A stretch of 64,000 nucleotides of DNA from Malacoraja senta (GCA_038087875.1 CM075992.1:5210001-5274000); one strand, 5' to 3'; counted from the first letter of the stretch, positions 11,385 through 25,839 are shown. Translations and numbers: made by a program. The notes: generated by a model from the letters alone, not told the origin.

Positions 11385-11577
11385 CCATTGATGTCGTCGT
11401 GACACGCCCCGTGCACGCAGGGACTGCTGCCACATTCGTCCACCTCGGAGTAGCACAGGGGGTCGTGGTAGCCCTCGGGGCACTTGCAGGAGAAGCTGTC
11501 CTCGCCGTCGATGCAGGTGCCCCCGTTCTGGCACGGACCCGACGCACACTCGTCGATCTCAATGTTGCACTGCGAGC
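11385..11577 (-). CDS. notch3: Notch exon (exon 13 equivalent; EGF18 and first half of EGF19)
   Basis: 193 bp, cag|...|gtgag, phase 1-2. Translates to GSQCNIEIDECASGPCQNGGTCIDGEDSFSCKCPEGYHDPLCYSEVDECGSSPCVHGACHDDIN(G). This frame is not in the ORF track and was read manually. Confidence 0.92.
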
Positions 11578-12294
11578 CTGGACCAAGGGAGGGGCACCGT
11601 TACAAGCTCAGAGGGCGCGGTAATCCAACAGCATGGCGGCAAGACAGTGCCCAACATTATACATCACTCCCACATGCCAACTAACCCACAGCACCGCACA
11701 CCCACCAAACCCAGTCTTACGAAATGCCATGAAAAGGAACTGCAGGTGCTGGTTTACGCCAAAGATAGACACAAAGTGCTGGAGTAACCCAGCGGGTCAG
11801 GCAGCATCCCTGGAGAAAAAGGATAGGGGATAATTTGGGTCGAAACTCTTACTCAGTATGAAGAGCGTTCCTGATCCAAAACCCAGCTGTTATCAGGCAA
11901 CTGAACCATCCTACCACAACTAAACTGAATTACTATCTACCTCATTGGAGACCCTCGGGCTATCTTTGATCGGACTTTCCTGGCGCTATCTTGCACTAAA
12001 CGTTATTCCCTTTACCATGTATCTGTTCACTGTGGACGGCTCGATTGTAATCGTGTATAGTCTTTCCGCTGACTGGATAGCGCACAACACAAGTTTTTCC
12101 CTGTACATCGGTACATCTGCCAGCAAAATAAATTAAATTAAAGTAATCTAAACTAAACTAAAACATGTTCTCCAGAGATGCTGCCGGACCTGCCTTCCTG
12201 ACTCCAGCACTTTGTGTCTATCTGTCAGTCTTGCTAAACACGGTTAATGTCGACGATGCGAGACCCAGCGCGCGGACAACCCCGGGATACGCAC

Positions 12295-12405
12295 CCATGA
12301 AGCCTGGTTTGCAGGTGCAGTCGTAGCGGTTGATGCCATCCCTGCAGATCCCGTAATCACAAGGCTGGCTGGCACAGTCATCATGGTTGATCTCACAGTT
12401 GACCC
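12295..12405 (-). CDS. notch3: Notch exon (exon 12 equivalent; EGF17)
   Basis: 111 bp, cag|...|gtgcg. Translates to [37 protein letters not shown](G). [10 protein letters not shown] is as in NOTCH3. Confidence 0.92.
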
Positions 12406-12527
12406 CTGCGGTTAATGGCAACAATTAGCAACAATCACAGCAGGGAATAGGGAGAGGCCGTTTAAGCCAACCAGTCCATGTAATCTACCATTGGGGTAGC
12501 ACAGAGCCCAACCCCAGCCTCTCCAGC

Positions 12528-13107
12528 TATGAGGCCACACCTGGAGTGTTGCGTACAGTTTTGGTCTCCAAATCTGAGGAAAGACATTCTTGCCATAGAG
12601 GGAGTACAGAGAAGGTTCACCAGACTGATTCCTGGGATGGCAGGACTTTCATATGAAGAAAGACTGGATAGACTCGGCTTGTACTCGCTAGAATTTAGAA
12701 GATTGAGGGGGGATCTTATAGAAACTTACAAAATTCTTAAGGGGTTGGACAGGCTAGATGCAGGAAGATTTTTCCCGATATTGGGGAAGTCCAGAACTAG
12801 GGGTCACAGTTTAAGGATAAGAGGGAAATCTTTTAGGACCGAGATGAGAAAATCATTTTTTACACAGAGAGTGGTGAATCTGTGGAATTCTCTGCCACAG
12901 AAGGTAGTTGAGGCCAGTTCATTGGCTATATTTAAGAGGGAGTTAGATGTGGCCCTTGTGGCTAAAGGGATCAGGGGGTATGGAGAGAAGGCAGGGATGG
13001 TATACTGAGTTGGATGATCAGCCATGATCATATTGAATGGCGGTGCAGGCTCGAAGGGCCGAATGGCCTCTACTCCTGCACCTATTTTCTATGTTTCTAT
13101 GTTTATG
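12528..13107 (+). mobile_element. CR1 LINE 3' end, (TTTCTATG)n-tail subfamily
   Basis: Open ORF2 C-terminus RPHLECCVQFWSPNLRKDILAIEGVQRRFTRLIPG...WNSLP. Highly similar to 15821-16345. Confidence 0.92.
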
Positions 13108-13826
13108 TTCCCTCAGAGCTCCCATATTGCAGCCCTGCCAAAATCCTGGTAAATGTACTCTGAACCATCTTGTTGTTCCTTAATGTGTGCATTACTGACC
13201 CCATGAAGCCCTCAACCTCTCAATTCGATTCTTAGCCTTGGAAGACTGTCTTCTAATCTTGGAATTCAGTTGCCCAAAGGTTCACCTTGTCCGCGCCAAC
13301 CTTGTTCCTGTCGAAATGTTTCTGAAACATTGCGATATGACCTGCCTCACCTCCCTCCTCTGGCAGCTCGTTCCATACACCCACCGTCCTTTGTGTAAAA
13401 AGGTTACCCCTCAGATCCCTATAAATCTTTCCCCCTTCACCTTAAACCTACGTCTTTTGCTTCTCGGTTCTCCCACACTGGGCAAGAGGCTACCCGATCT
13501 ATTCCTCTCATGATTTTGTATTAGATCACCCCTCATCCTTCTCCAAGGAATAGAGTCCCAGCCTGCTCAGCTTCCTTCCTCTTTATTTGCATAACCTGTG
13601 ATACCAGTTGTAGTCTTGTATGGTTTGGTTATATTCATGTACAGTATGCCAATGTTTTTCACTGCATCTCAGTACACCTGGGAATAATAAAACAATACGA
13701 ATATATCTAGAACGTGGAACAGTACAGTACAGGAATAGGCTCTTCCACCCACAATGTTGTACATTTTGATGCTAAATCCTCTATTTTACAGGTGTAGCAG
13801 AGAGAGAGAGCATCACTTATTTGTAC

Positions 13827-14060
13827 CTGAGGTTCCTGGCAGGCAGTGACAGCTGTACTTGTTCACCAGATCCATGCACTTGCCCGAGTTCTGGCAGGGG
13901 TTGCTGTGGCATTCGTTGATCTGGTTCTCACAGCGGTAGCCGGTGTACCCGGGCTCGCAGTGGCAGGTGAAGCTGGCAATGCCGTCGCTGCAGGTGCCAT
14001 GGTGGCAGGGGTCGGGGCTGCAGTCGTCGATATTCCTCTCGCACACCTTCCCCTCGAATC
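13827..14060 (-). CDS. notch3: Notch exon (exon 11 equivalent; EGF15-16)
   Basis: 234 bp, cag|...|gtaca. Translates to [78 protein letters not shown](G). Confidence 0.92.
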
Positions 14061-14110
14061 CTGCCATCGGGGATTAAACACAAGGCAGGTTACACCGAGG
14101 CGACATTGCC

Positions 14111-14795
14111 CGGCATGGTGGCGCAGCAGTAGAGTTGCTGCCTTACAGCGCAAGAGACCCGGGTTTGATTCTGACTGCGGGTGCTGTCTGTACGGAGTTT
14201 GCATGTTCTCCCCGTGACCGCGTGGGTTTTTTCTGGGTGCTTCAGTTTCCTCCCACATTCCAAATACGTACATGTTTGTAGGTTAATTGACTTGGTAAAA
14301 TTGTAAATTGTCCCCAGTGTGTGTAGGATAGTGTTAAGCCCCTGTCCCACTTAGGAGACCTAAACAGCAACATCTGGTGACCTTGCCCGCCACCCAAGGT
14401 TTCCATAAGGTCACCGGAGGTTTTGGTCACTCTCCCTAATGGTCAAAAGTGGTTTCCGTGTGGTCGAGGCTTCATCTAGGTTGCTGCTATTTTTTCATCA
14501 TGATTAAAACCGGCCTCGACTAAAAATAGGTTGCCGTTTTAAAAATCGATCGTTTTTTAGTCGTGGGTCTAGTCGAAGCCGGTTTTCTTCATAGTCGAGG
14601 AAGGTTTTCAACATATGCGTGGGAGGTGGTAGGAGGTTGCAGGTCACCTCGACCTTGATTTTTTTTTTGGGTGGTGGGCAAGGTCACCAGAGGTTGCTGT
14701 TTAGGTCTCCTAAGTGGGACAGGGGCTTTAGTGTGCGGGGATCGCCGAGTTCGCACCAAAGGGCGTATTTCCGCTCTGTATCTCGAAACTAAACT
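14111..14795 (+). mobile_element. HE1-like V-SINE with nested MITE
   Basis: tRNA-like head with A box tggcgcagcagtag and B box gggtttgattct, V-domain, and CR1-like tail with (aaact)n. Confidence 0.85.
14337..14727. mobile_element. PIF/Harbinger-like MITE, family B
   Basis: TIR AGCCCCTGTCCCACTTAGGAGACCTAAACAGCAAC extending more than 50 bp. Clean TTA TSD (14334-14336 and 14728-14730) inside the SINE sequence gtg-tta-gtgtgcgggg. Confidence 0.88.
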
Positions 14796-15820
14796 GAGCT
14801 AATAACTGGTGTGATGTAAATACAACCCTTCTTCTCACCCACTTGATAACTAAAGAGAGAATTATACCGCCACCCCAGGAAGACAGAATGACTCTCTTGA
14901 TGATAGATTGCCGAGTACAATTTGGGGTTTGCTGGGTCTTCAAAACAAAGCTTAAAGCTTTAGCCTTGGGATTAACGCAAGACATGAAATGCAACCTCCA
15001 GCTGTCAGTATACAAGGCAGTCACTCACTCGGGAAGCCCGGGCAACATTGGGAAATGCCTTGTGCTAATCCTGAGATTCCATTGCGGTCTCAACTTCACC
15101 ATTTGGAACGGATTGCATTTCGAATGGGATGTGTAAGATTCCAGAAGGCGTAAGCAGGGCAGATGCGGGGAGGTGCTCCTCCATTTGAACAGTCTAGAAT
15201 AAGAGTCCAGAGATGCAGCCTGACCCGCTAGGTTATTCGAGGAATATGTGTCTCTCTAAGAGTCCACCACCTCAGAATGAAATAGGACAAGTCTCCTTGT
15301 ATTGGGGACACAAGTCTCCCGAACAATTGATTGTGGAGGGCTCTGGAGGATCCATTGATGAGTTTAAGCAGATTTGTGGATGTTAAGGGAATGCAGAGGA
15401 AATGGACAGGCAACGCTTCAAGGTCTGAAGGGGCCTGACCCTTAACATTGAATTTCTGTGTACCTTAGTTATTACATGCGACAATAAACTGACCTTGAAA
15501 CCTGGAAAAACATCGCCTATCTATTTATCTCCTCCACAGATGCTTGCCTGACCCGCTGAGTTGCTCCCGTGATTTGTGTTTAGCTCATGTATGTATGAGG
15601 CACAATTGTCTTCCTTGTGCTGGTCCTACAACTGTTCAGCTATGCTCCAGTCAGGATTGGGACCCATCTCGTCTGAGTGCAACTTGGTGCACAGACTTAT
15701 TTTGCAAGTACATGTGTGCGGTTGTGAATGCTCCTACAATGATTCATCCCGTAACAGACTTGGAATCTCTTATGTACCCAGAAATCATCGAAAATCACAA
15801 TAACTTCCACCCATTATAGG

Positions 15821-16345
15821 ACATTATAGCCATAGAGGGAGTGCAGAGAAGGTTCACCAGACTGATTCCTGGGATGTCAGGACTTTCATATGAAGAAAGA
15901 CTGGATAGACTTGGCTTATACTCGCTAGAATTTAGGAGATTGAGAGGGAATCTTATAGAAACGTACAAAATTCTTGTGGGGTTGGACAGGCTAGATGCAG
16001 GAAGATTGTTCCCGATGTTGGGGAAGTCCAGGACAAGGGGTCACAGCTTAAGGATAAGGGGGAAATCCTTTAAGACCGAGATGAGGAAAAACTTTTTCAC
16101 ACAGAGAGTGGTGAATCTCTGGAACTCTCTGCCACAGAGGGTAGTTGAGGCCAGTTCATTGGCTATATTTAAGAGGGAGTTAGATGTGGCCCTTGTGGCT
16201 AAAGGGATCAGGGGGTATGGAGAGAAGGCAGGTACAGGATACTGAGTTGGATGATCAGCCATGATCATATTGAATGGCGGTGCAGGCTCGAAGGGCCGAA
16301 TGGCCTATTCCTGCACCTATTTTCTATGTATCTATGTATCTATGT
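15821..16345 (+). mobile_element. CR1 LINE 3' end
   Basis: ORF 15841-16245 QRRFTRLIPGMSGLSYEERLDRLGLYSLE..., followed by 3' UTR and tail. Confidence 0.92.
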
Positions 16346-18735
16346 TAGGCGGCACAATGGTGGAGCAGGTGGAGCCGCTGCCTCATGGTGCCAGAAATCC
16401 GCATTCGATCCTGACTACAAGTGCTGTCTGTGTGGAGTTTGCACGTTCTGCCTGTGACCACGTAGGTTTTCTCTGGTTGCTCCGGTTTCCTCCACCTCAC
16501 AAATAGCCTGTAAGTTAATTGGCCTCGAAGATAGACACAAAATGCTGGAGTAACTCAGCGGGACCAGGCAGCATCTCGTTGGCCTCTGTCACTTGCCCCT
16601 GGTGTGTAGGGAGTGGACACGGCCGTGGGATAACATGGAACTTCCGCAAACAGGTGATCGATGGTCAGCATGAACTCCGTGGGCTGAAGGGCCTGTTTCC
16701 GTACTGCATCGCTAAGCTCTTCGGCATTTGTAAAATGGGTTTTACAGTTGCTTCTCATGCATGGGCTGCGGACTGTTCTCACACCCATGCATTCACCTCT
16801 GGACTGAGCCCTGAAACCCCGAGTCCCTCTTGCAGCAGAGTAAAGAAAAAATGAGAGGGGGGCTGCGTGGAAAAATTGCACAAACCTGCTATTGTTCGGC
16901 AGAATATTCTATGAGCTGTCTGCACAATAGACATCATATCCAACAGGCCTCCCTGGTGCCTGGGTATAGATCCTGTGAATACTAATCAGGCTTGCCTGAA
17001 CAATACAGCTTTATCTATTCAAAGGGCCCTGGTAGTGTCAGTCCACACACACACACAGGGCTTGATTTTTTTTTCCACTGTTCATCTGTATAAAAATGTA
17101 ACATCTTCTGAAAAATGACACAAGAAACCTCCCTCTAGCCCCCTTGACAGGACCGAGATAGACCTTTGTCTCAAACCAGGGTATCAAGCATTTGAAAGGT
17201 CTTTTTAATATCTGGCCCCCAAGTTCATTGGCGCCCTCGATATTTTCCTTCCTGTTTCCAACACGTTGACATTTGAGCAAAGACGGATGTATTTTTATGT
17301 GGGACTATCTGAAATCATTTTATGGTTTTATCATTGAAATATCTGTGGGAGGATAAATATCCGCTGAGGCTCAATTACGGCAAAAAGATAAATAGTTGAG
17401 TTCTTATTTTCATGCCCCTCGTACTTTGAACTGTCAAGTGCAATGTTCAGCTGTGGCTAAAAGGAGAGAACTCGTCAGGGAACTGTGTACAAAAGAACTG
17501 CAGATGGTGGTTTGAACCGAAGATAGACACGAAAAGCTGGCGTAACTCAGCGGGACAGGCAGCGTCACTGGAGAGAAGGAATGGGAATCGTTTCTGGTCG
17601 AGACCCTTCTGCAGACTTCAGGGCTATCTTCGGTGTAAACCAGCATCTGCAGTTCCTTCCTGCACACAACCTACTCTTTGTTTTGCTGCCCCTATATTCT
17701 CCCCCTTTCCCACCCCACATCCCATCCGATTGTCTCTCCTTCTTCATTAACGTTGGGTTCAAGTCACCCTCTCTCCCTACGCCATGGATGAAGTGAGTGA
17801 CGGTGGGCAGCGGGGAGCAACAAGAATGAGCCACTACCTCCCTGATCCCAAGCCCGCACAGCTCCAGGGGCTGTACACAAAGCAGAGCCACTGCGGTTCG
17901 AGTGCTCCTGCCGTCTGTATTAAAGCAGATGCAGTTCTCTGATGAAGATAGACGCAAAAAGCTGGAGTAACTCAGCGGGACAGGCAGCATCTCTGGAGAG
18001 AAGGAATGGGTGACGTTTCGGGTCGAGACCCTTCTTCAAAAGTACGTTACCGTAGGCCATTTTCAGCAGTATTTAGCTAGTTTTACATTCAAACACTCTC
18101 TGGCATGTTTAGTCTTTCCTCTGACTGGTTAGAAACATAGAAACGTAGAAAATAGGTGCAGGAGGAGGCCATTCGGCTCTTCGAGCCAGCCATTCATTGT
18201 GATGATGGCTGATCATCCCCTAGCAATAACCCGTGCCTGCCTTCTCCCCATATCCCTTGACTCCACTAGCCCCTAGAGCTCTATCTAACTCTCTCTTAAA
18301 TCCATCCAGTGACTTGGCCTCCACTGCCCTCTGTGGCAGGGAATTTCATAAATTCACAACTCTGGGTGAAAAAGTTTTTTCTCACCTCAGTCTTAAATGA
18401 CCTCCCCTTTATTCTAAGACTGTTAGCACACAAGAAAAGCTTTTCATTCTACCTTGGTACACGTGACAATAAACTGAACTGTAACTGGGGTTCGAGTCTT
18501 TGGAGTTGAATAGCCGCGGGGATGTGGAATTATTTTATTACATAAACATGCTCGATGGCCAGAGAGGGACTGAGTGTAAAACTAGCTTAAATACTGCAGC
18601 TGCTATTTTCCAAGTGCTCAGTTCTTTAGGTAATCAGTGAACAAAGTTGTACCCTTTGACCGAGGAGGCATCGCAAGCAGAACGGCACTGAGGATCTGTT
18701 GAGCTGTCGGGGGAGGGGAGGAGAGGACTGCCCTA

Positions 18736-18990
<255 letters not shown>

Positions 18991-20659
18991 CTAGGGTACT
19001 GTCCAAATTCACCTCCACCCCTTTGCAGACATTGGACGTTGAAAGTGGTGCGCTACAATGCTGAGAACTACATTCTGCACTTTGCGCTATCTATTGCAGA
19101 ATCTTACAGCATGGAAAGAGGCCCTTCAGCCCAACTTGCCCACAGCACCTAACATGTCCCATCTACACAAGTCCCACCTGGCCACGTTTGGCCCATAACC
19201 CTCTAAACCTGTCCTATCCATGTACCTGTCTAACTGTTTCTTAAACATTGCGATAGGCCCAGCCTCAACTACCTCCTCTGGCAGCTCGTTCCATACACCC
19301 ACCACCCGCTGTGTGAAAAAGTTACCCCTCGTCGCCCCTCAGATTCCTATTAAATCTTTTTCCCTTCACCTTAACACTGTCCTCTGTTCCTCAATTCCCC
19401 TACTCTGGGCAAGAGACTCTATGCATCTACTCGATCTCCGGTTTCCTCCCACACTCCAAAGATGTACAGGTTCGTAGGTTAATTGGCTTGGTAAATGTAA
19501 AAATTGTCCCTCGTGGGTGTAGGATAGTGTTAATGTGCGGGGATCGCTGGTCGGCGTGGACTCAGTGGGCCGAAGGGCCTGTTTCTGCGATGTATCTCTA
19601 AATTAAACATGGTGGCAGAGACCTGGGTTCAATCCTAACCTCGGGTGCTGCCTGTGTGGAGATTGCACGTTCTCCCTGTGACTGTGTGGGTTTCCTCTGG
19701 GTGCTCCAGTTTCCTTCCACATCCCAAAGACGAGCAGGTTTGTAGGTTAATTGGCCTCTGTAAATTGCCCGTATGTGTTGGGAGTGGATGCGAGAGTGGG
19801 ATAGCATAAGGCTAGTGGGAACGAATGGTCAATGGTTATCGTGGACTCAGTGGGCCAAAGATGCTGTATCTGTCAATAAATCATCAGTATTGGCGCACAT
19901 TGGCTGCAGTGTTCCCTGTTCTACAACAGTGGCTGCAATAGACAATAGACAATAGACAATAGGTGCAGGAGTAGGCCACTCGGCCCTTCGAGCCAGCACC
20001 GTCATTCAATGTGATCATGGCTGATCATCCCCAATCAGTACCCCGTTCCTGCCTTCTCCCCATATCCCCTGACTCCAGTATCTTTAAGAGCCCTATCTAG
20101 CTCTCTCTTGAAAGCATCCAGAGAACCGGCCTCCACCGCCCTCTGAGGCAGAGAATTCCACAGACCTCGATAAGTATTTCATTTCCCTAACCCTGGCGAG
20201 GTGAGACTTTGACGTTAGGCAAGCACATTTCTTGTGTAAGAAGGAACTGCAGATGCTGGTTTAAACCCAAGAGAGACACAAAATGCTGGAGTCACTCAGC
20301 GGGTCAGGCAGCATCTCTGGAGGAACCTAGTTCATTCCTGAGCGAAATAAACAATTTTGGAACGTGATACCTCAAGATCAGGAAAGACTCACAGATAGTC
20401 AGCTGGAATCCAGATGAGCAAAGTATGTGAAACCTATTTTTTCAGTATTTACTGGTGGTTTTTTTTAAACAACTCAATCAGTCTGCAGGTTGTGGTCACT
20501 GCCAATATCTACTGCCCATCCTCAAATACCCCTTGAATTGTTGGTCTGCTCAGGTCATTTCAGAGGGCAATTAAGAGCCCACCATTCTACTACAGTTCTG
20601 GAGACACGTTTCCGCCCGACCAGTTGAGGACAGCAGATGTCCTTCTCAGAAGCGCACCC

Positions 20660-21200
20660 GTGTACTTTAGACACAAGAAACTGCAGGAGCTTATTTACCA
20701 AAAAGACACAAAGTGCTGGAGTAACTCAGCGGGGTCAGGCGGCTAATCTGGAGAAAATGGATAGGTGGCGTTTCAGATCGGGACCCTTCTTCATACTGAT
20801 TGTAGTGGGGGTGAGGAGGGGGGGGGAGGGTGGACGGAGAAGCTGGAAGAGAGGTGGGGGTGGGACAAAGCCTGGTGAGTGATAGGTGGATGCAGGAGAA
20901 AGGGGGGGGGTTGAATGGCTGATGGTTGGATAAAGGCCAGAGATGGATAGACAAAAAAATGTGAGAAATGTGAGATAAGGATGCAAGGATGGAAGAGAGG
21001 TTAAATGTGAAGCCAGAGGAAGGAATGTAGATGGAAGGGGCAGAAAGGAAAAGCAAAATGGATGTGCATCCAGGTGGGGCACAGTGAAGAAAGGGAGTGG
21101 GGGGGAACGGAGTTGTGTGTAAGTTAGTTACTTAAAATTGGGGAATTCAATGTCCATACTTGTAAGTTATCTAAGCAGGATACAAGGTGCTGTTCCTCTG
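20660..21200 (-). mobile_element. Penelope-like element 3' end (endonuclease C-terminal remnant plus pseudo-LTR)
   Basis: Minus strand 21198-21128 reads EEQHLVSCLDNLQ/MDIEFPNFK* (one frameshift), resembling the EEQHLIFRLG..QP.G.NI.F terminus of Penelope GIY-YIG ORFs. It is followed by a C/T-rich UTR, a degenerate hammerhead-like motif and the terminal sequence shared with the short palindromic repeats. Confidence 0.7.
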
Positions 21201-21765
21201 GTAAACCTTGCCTTCCTCAGACAATCTGGTCCATCCATTGGTATTGTGACTAACAACAGCCTTCAATCCCACATTTTAGTCAATTAATTTCCTAGCTGAC
21301 ATGATAAGATTCAAACTCAGGTATCCCGATCAATAGCCCAGACATCACAATATTCCTTATAAGTTCATCCGTTCTAGGAGCAGAATGAGATCACTCGGCC
21401 CATCAAGTCTACTCCGCCATTTGATCTTTGCTGATCTATCTTTCCCTAGCAAACCCATTCTACTGCCTACTCCCATAACCTCTGACACCCGTACGAATCC
21501 TATAAGTCGGCCGCTGTGTCAGAACATCCACTTTTGATGGTATTGGGAATACAACAGGGATTGGTGCCCAAGGACAATGTGTTGCATATGACACCATCTT
21601 AGCTGCCATCTAACAACTAATCGCCATGTTTAACAGAATCCAAATAAGAATGTGAGAAATTGGGCACAGAACTATGGTTCAAATGGAGCTGTTGTTACCA
21701 TAATTCCTTTTGTACTTTCATTGAGCCAGTCTGGACTGCAGAATAGCCTTGAGGGTGTGCTGCAC

Positions 21766-22154
21766 TTTAGTTTAGTTTAGTTTAGAGATACAGCACGAAA
21801 CAGGCCCTTCGGCCTACCAGGTCCGCGCCGACCAGCGATATTGAATGGCGGTGCAGGCTCGAAGGGCAGAATGGCCTACTTCTGCACCTATTTTCTATGT
21901 CAATGTCTATGATCCCCGCTCATTAACACCATCCTACACCCACTAGGACCAATTTTTACATTTACCAAGCCAATTAACCTACAAACCTGTACGTCTTTGG
22001 AGTGTGGGAGGAAACCGAAAATCTCGGAGAAAACCCACGCAGGTCACGGGGAGAACGTACAAACTCCGTACAGACAGCACCCGTAGTCGGGATCGAACCC
22101 GGGTCTCTGGCGCTGCATTCGCTGTAAGGCAGCAACTCTACCGCTGTGCCACCG
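21766..22154 (-). mobile_element. HE1-like V-SINE, subfamily with a short head insertion
   Basis: Full head, V-domain and tail. Head reads ttacagcgaatgcagcgccag. Contains a ~75-bp CR1 tail insertion at about 21838-21912. Confidence 0.88.
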
Positions 22155-23523
22155 TTTAGAAGCACTGACCTCCGGTAGACCATTAAACACCCATTTCAAC
22201 ATGAAAAATCAAGAGTCAGTTCTGGTCAACCTCATATTCTACCCGAACCGCCGGCATCTCCTGATGTCAGTCAACACCCAAAAAACCCCAACAATGATTG
22301 CTGAGACACGTCAGGCACCGAAAGGGTGCGACGCTGTCAGTGGAGCCGTGCTTTGGATGAGAGGAGAAAAAAAAGGTTCCATGGCACTATTTTGAAGAGG
22401 TCAAAGATTGAAGATGTGGAAGGCAGACATCACGATCGTTCCGCGTTTGTGGGATTTCTGTGCTGGTTTCTGTCCCCTCAAGTCATTCACGGCACCTGGA
22501 ATTGGGGAGGGAGGGAGGGGCCGGGAGCGTCCGGGGGTTGTGGGGGGGTGGGGGGTTGTGTGTGGGAGGGGTGGGTGGAGGATCAGGTAGAAACCAAAGG
22601 AACTACAGATGTTGGAATCTTGAGCAAAACACAAAGTGCTGGATTAACTCAGCAGGCCAGGCAGCATCTGTGGAGGACAACGTGGGCAGGCGGCGTTTAT
22701 GGGTCGGGACCCTTCTTCAGACTGATGGATGGGTGACTTCAGGTTGGGACCTACAATTTGCTATCCCCACACTGAGACGCATTTGGTTTCGGTGATCATT
22801 TAACGATAGGTCGTTGTCAAAATGAACAAGCTTTCAATCTCTACTCAGTAGAGTTGCAATGTGAACAACTTGTACGTGTGTCATGGAGAATAATAGTCAG
22901 TGAGGGCACAAACAAGGTTCTGCTGCACATGATCAAAGGAATAAGAACGCAGAATAGTTAAAGCACAGTTACAGGCCCTTTGGCCCATCTGTTTTGCCGG
23001 CTCCGATTTATTCTGGCCTTTTCTCACCTCCAGTCCCCCCCACCTCTATCTTTCAATCTGAAGGAAGGTTCTGACCAAAAATGTCACCTATTTCTTTTCT
23101 CCAGAGATGCTGACTGACCCGCTGAGTTACTCCAGCATTTTGTGCCGAACATATAAACAGGCCAAGATAAACTACGATCATCTGCCTGCACGTGATCCAT
23201 TCCCTTCATATCCATGGGGCTATCTAAACACCACTAAGGTACCTGCTTCCACCACCACCCGGCACCATGTTCCAGACCCCTACTGTGTAAAAACAAACTT
23301 GCTCCACACATCTCCTTTAAACCTGCCCCTCCTACCTTAAAGCTATGCCCTCTAGCGTCTGCCATTTTGTTTTCTATCTGAGTGGCCCGAGTGGCTTCCA
23401 ATGACCCACCAGGTCGGTCATGAACTTCTTCTAGCCAATAATGAGTTCTCCCTCAAAGGGAAAGATTCTTCTCAAGGTTGAGTGGGTAACTCGGGCCACC
23501 TGCCCCATGCTGGCAAGGAATTC

Positions 23524-23835
23524 GGGGCGGCACGGTGGTGAAACGATAGCGTTGCTGCCTCACGGCGCCAGAGACCCAGGTTCGATCCTGACGACAGGTG
23601 CTGCCTGTACAGAGTTTGTACCTTCCCCCCGCGACCGCGTGGGTTTTCCCCGGGTGCTCGGGTTTCCTCCCACACCCCAAAGACGTACGGGTTTGTAGGG
23701 TTAATTGGCTTCGGTAAAAATAGTAAACTGTTCCTAGTGTGTGTAGTGCTGTGGACAGGGATCGCTGGTCAGCGTGGACTCAGTGGGCCTTGGTGCCTAT
23801 TTCCACACTGTATCTCGAAACTCAACTAAACTAAA
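23524..23835 (+). mobile_element. HE1-like V-SINE
   Basis: Head ggggcggcacggtgg...ggttcgatcc, V-domain and (aaact)n tail. About 25 related copies in the window by eye, e.g. near 25210, 32185, 40030, 40857, 41678, 45535, 46830, 47640, 48995 and 63215. Confidence 0.88.
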
Positions 23836-25839
23836 ACAAATCTAAAACCTCTTGGGAGTTCAGGTAAGCAGAAGCCAAGATATCATTTGTTTAAGAAGGA
23901 ACTGCAGATGCTGGAAAATCTAAGGTAGACAAAAATGCTGGAGAAACTGAGCGGGTGGGGCAACATCTATGGAGCGAAGGAATAGGCGACGTTTCGGGTC
24001 CTTGGTTTCGGCCCGAAACATTGCCTATTTCCTTCGCTTCATAGATGCTGCCAGACTGTTCAGTTCAGTTTAATTTATTGTCACGTGTACCGAGGTACAG
24101 TGAAAAACTCAGCCGGTGAGGCAGCATCTATGGAGCGAAGGAAATAGGCTTCGAAACCCTTCTTCAAGCCAAGATATAATGGATGGGCTGTGACACAAGT
24201 TCAAGGTAGGCAAAATAAATGAAAAGAGAACCAGACAGAGGGAGAGAGGTATATTTGTAGATATAAATCTTTACAAATTGTCACATTAACTGAGGACAAT
24301 TATTAATGGGTGAAGTTATCTTAGGTTTTATCTTAGGTACTTAATATTGTCATAAGTACCGACGTAAGTGGAACGTTTTGTTTTGCATGCTAACCATACA
24401 GATTAGATATACTTTACCAACATACTATCAAGTCAAACTCCAGTACAATAGATAGAGCAAAGGGGAAGATACAGAGTGCAGAATATAGTTCTCAGCATTA
24501 CAACGCATCAGCCCCATAAACTCACATCAGAAATTTATATTCTGCAGCTCACTAGGATCACAACAAAACAAAAATGTATTCAGGAACTCGGGGGCTCTCC
24601 GTCAATGTATTCCTGTGTCAGCTCGCTGAGAAAGGCAGGAGCAGAATGAACATTCAGAACAAGAAAGGAGAGTGGGAGCAGTGGGAGAAGTGACTGGATC
24701 TGACAGTTGTATTCTGAGGTGCTGCTCCTTCAAGCAGCCCTTTCAATGGCTGCGTGTGAGATGCAGTAAGCGGACGAGGGGCCCTGTGTCCTGCCCCAAA
24801 TGTAAATTGTGCCTGAAAGAATTGAGCCTTCCCTCTCATTAAGGGCAGCTAGCGCTCGAGCGAGGGAGGCACAGGCCCGCGGAACAATTGGCACATTGTC
24901 CGCCTCGGGGAGATAACAGACACGGCCCCTCTTGTCAACCAGCCACCAACAGAGAGCTTCTTCAAAGGCCGGCCTGAGGTACACTGCACCCTGACCCTTC
25001 AATAACCCCACCGTTGCCAGAGAGTTTGCTGAGGCCTGATGTGAAGGCCTCGCTCTCGTCAGACACAGCACATACGGGAGGCACCGCACTGGTTAAACAG
25101 GTGCGGTAACGTAAAGTGAACGGGTGATCGATGGTCGGCATCGACCCCGGTGGGCCGAAGGGCCTGCTCCCATGCTGTGTCGCTAAACATGACAGTGCCC
25201 TGTGTAGTTCATTTCACTTTAGTTTGGACATAGAGCGAGGAGACGGTTCCTCTGCCCACCGGGTCCGCGCCAACCAGCGATCCCCGCACACCGACACTAT
25301 CCCTCACCACTGGGGACAATTTACAATGTTACCGAAGCCAATCAACCTGCACGTCTTTGGAATGTGGGAGGAAACTGGAGCTCCCGGAGTAAACCCACGC
25401 CATCACAGGGAGAACGGGCAAACTCCGTAGAGACAGCACCCGTAGTCAGGATCAAACTCGGGTCCCTGGTGCTGTAAGGCAGCAACCCTACCATTGCGCC
25501 ACCATGCTGCCCTATTTTCGTATCTGCAATTTGATCATCTATGCAATTAGCTAACATTTCTAGACAGGAGCTCAGCCTGGCAGTTCAGACAGTGTAAATA
25601 TTCAGCACTCCCAAGTTGTTAACTCTTTAAGGACTATACTGCAGCATCTCTTCATGATCAAAGATAATGTAACTCCAATCCTTGGCACATTATATTGGTT
25701 CTCATTGTCAGCAACAAATTACCACATTGATAATCTCTCAGGCACTTGTAAGAAATGCCAGACACCAGGAACTGCAGGTGCTGGATTACAATTAAAAACA
25801 GAAATGCTATCAAACTAAATGTGACGTGGTCAAGATGTA

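Noticed and set aside
23524..23600. tRNA genes
   Set aside because: The A/B-box sequences are SINE heads that run directly into V-domains, with no complete cloverleaf.
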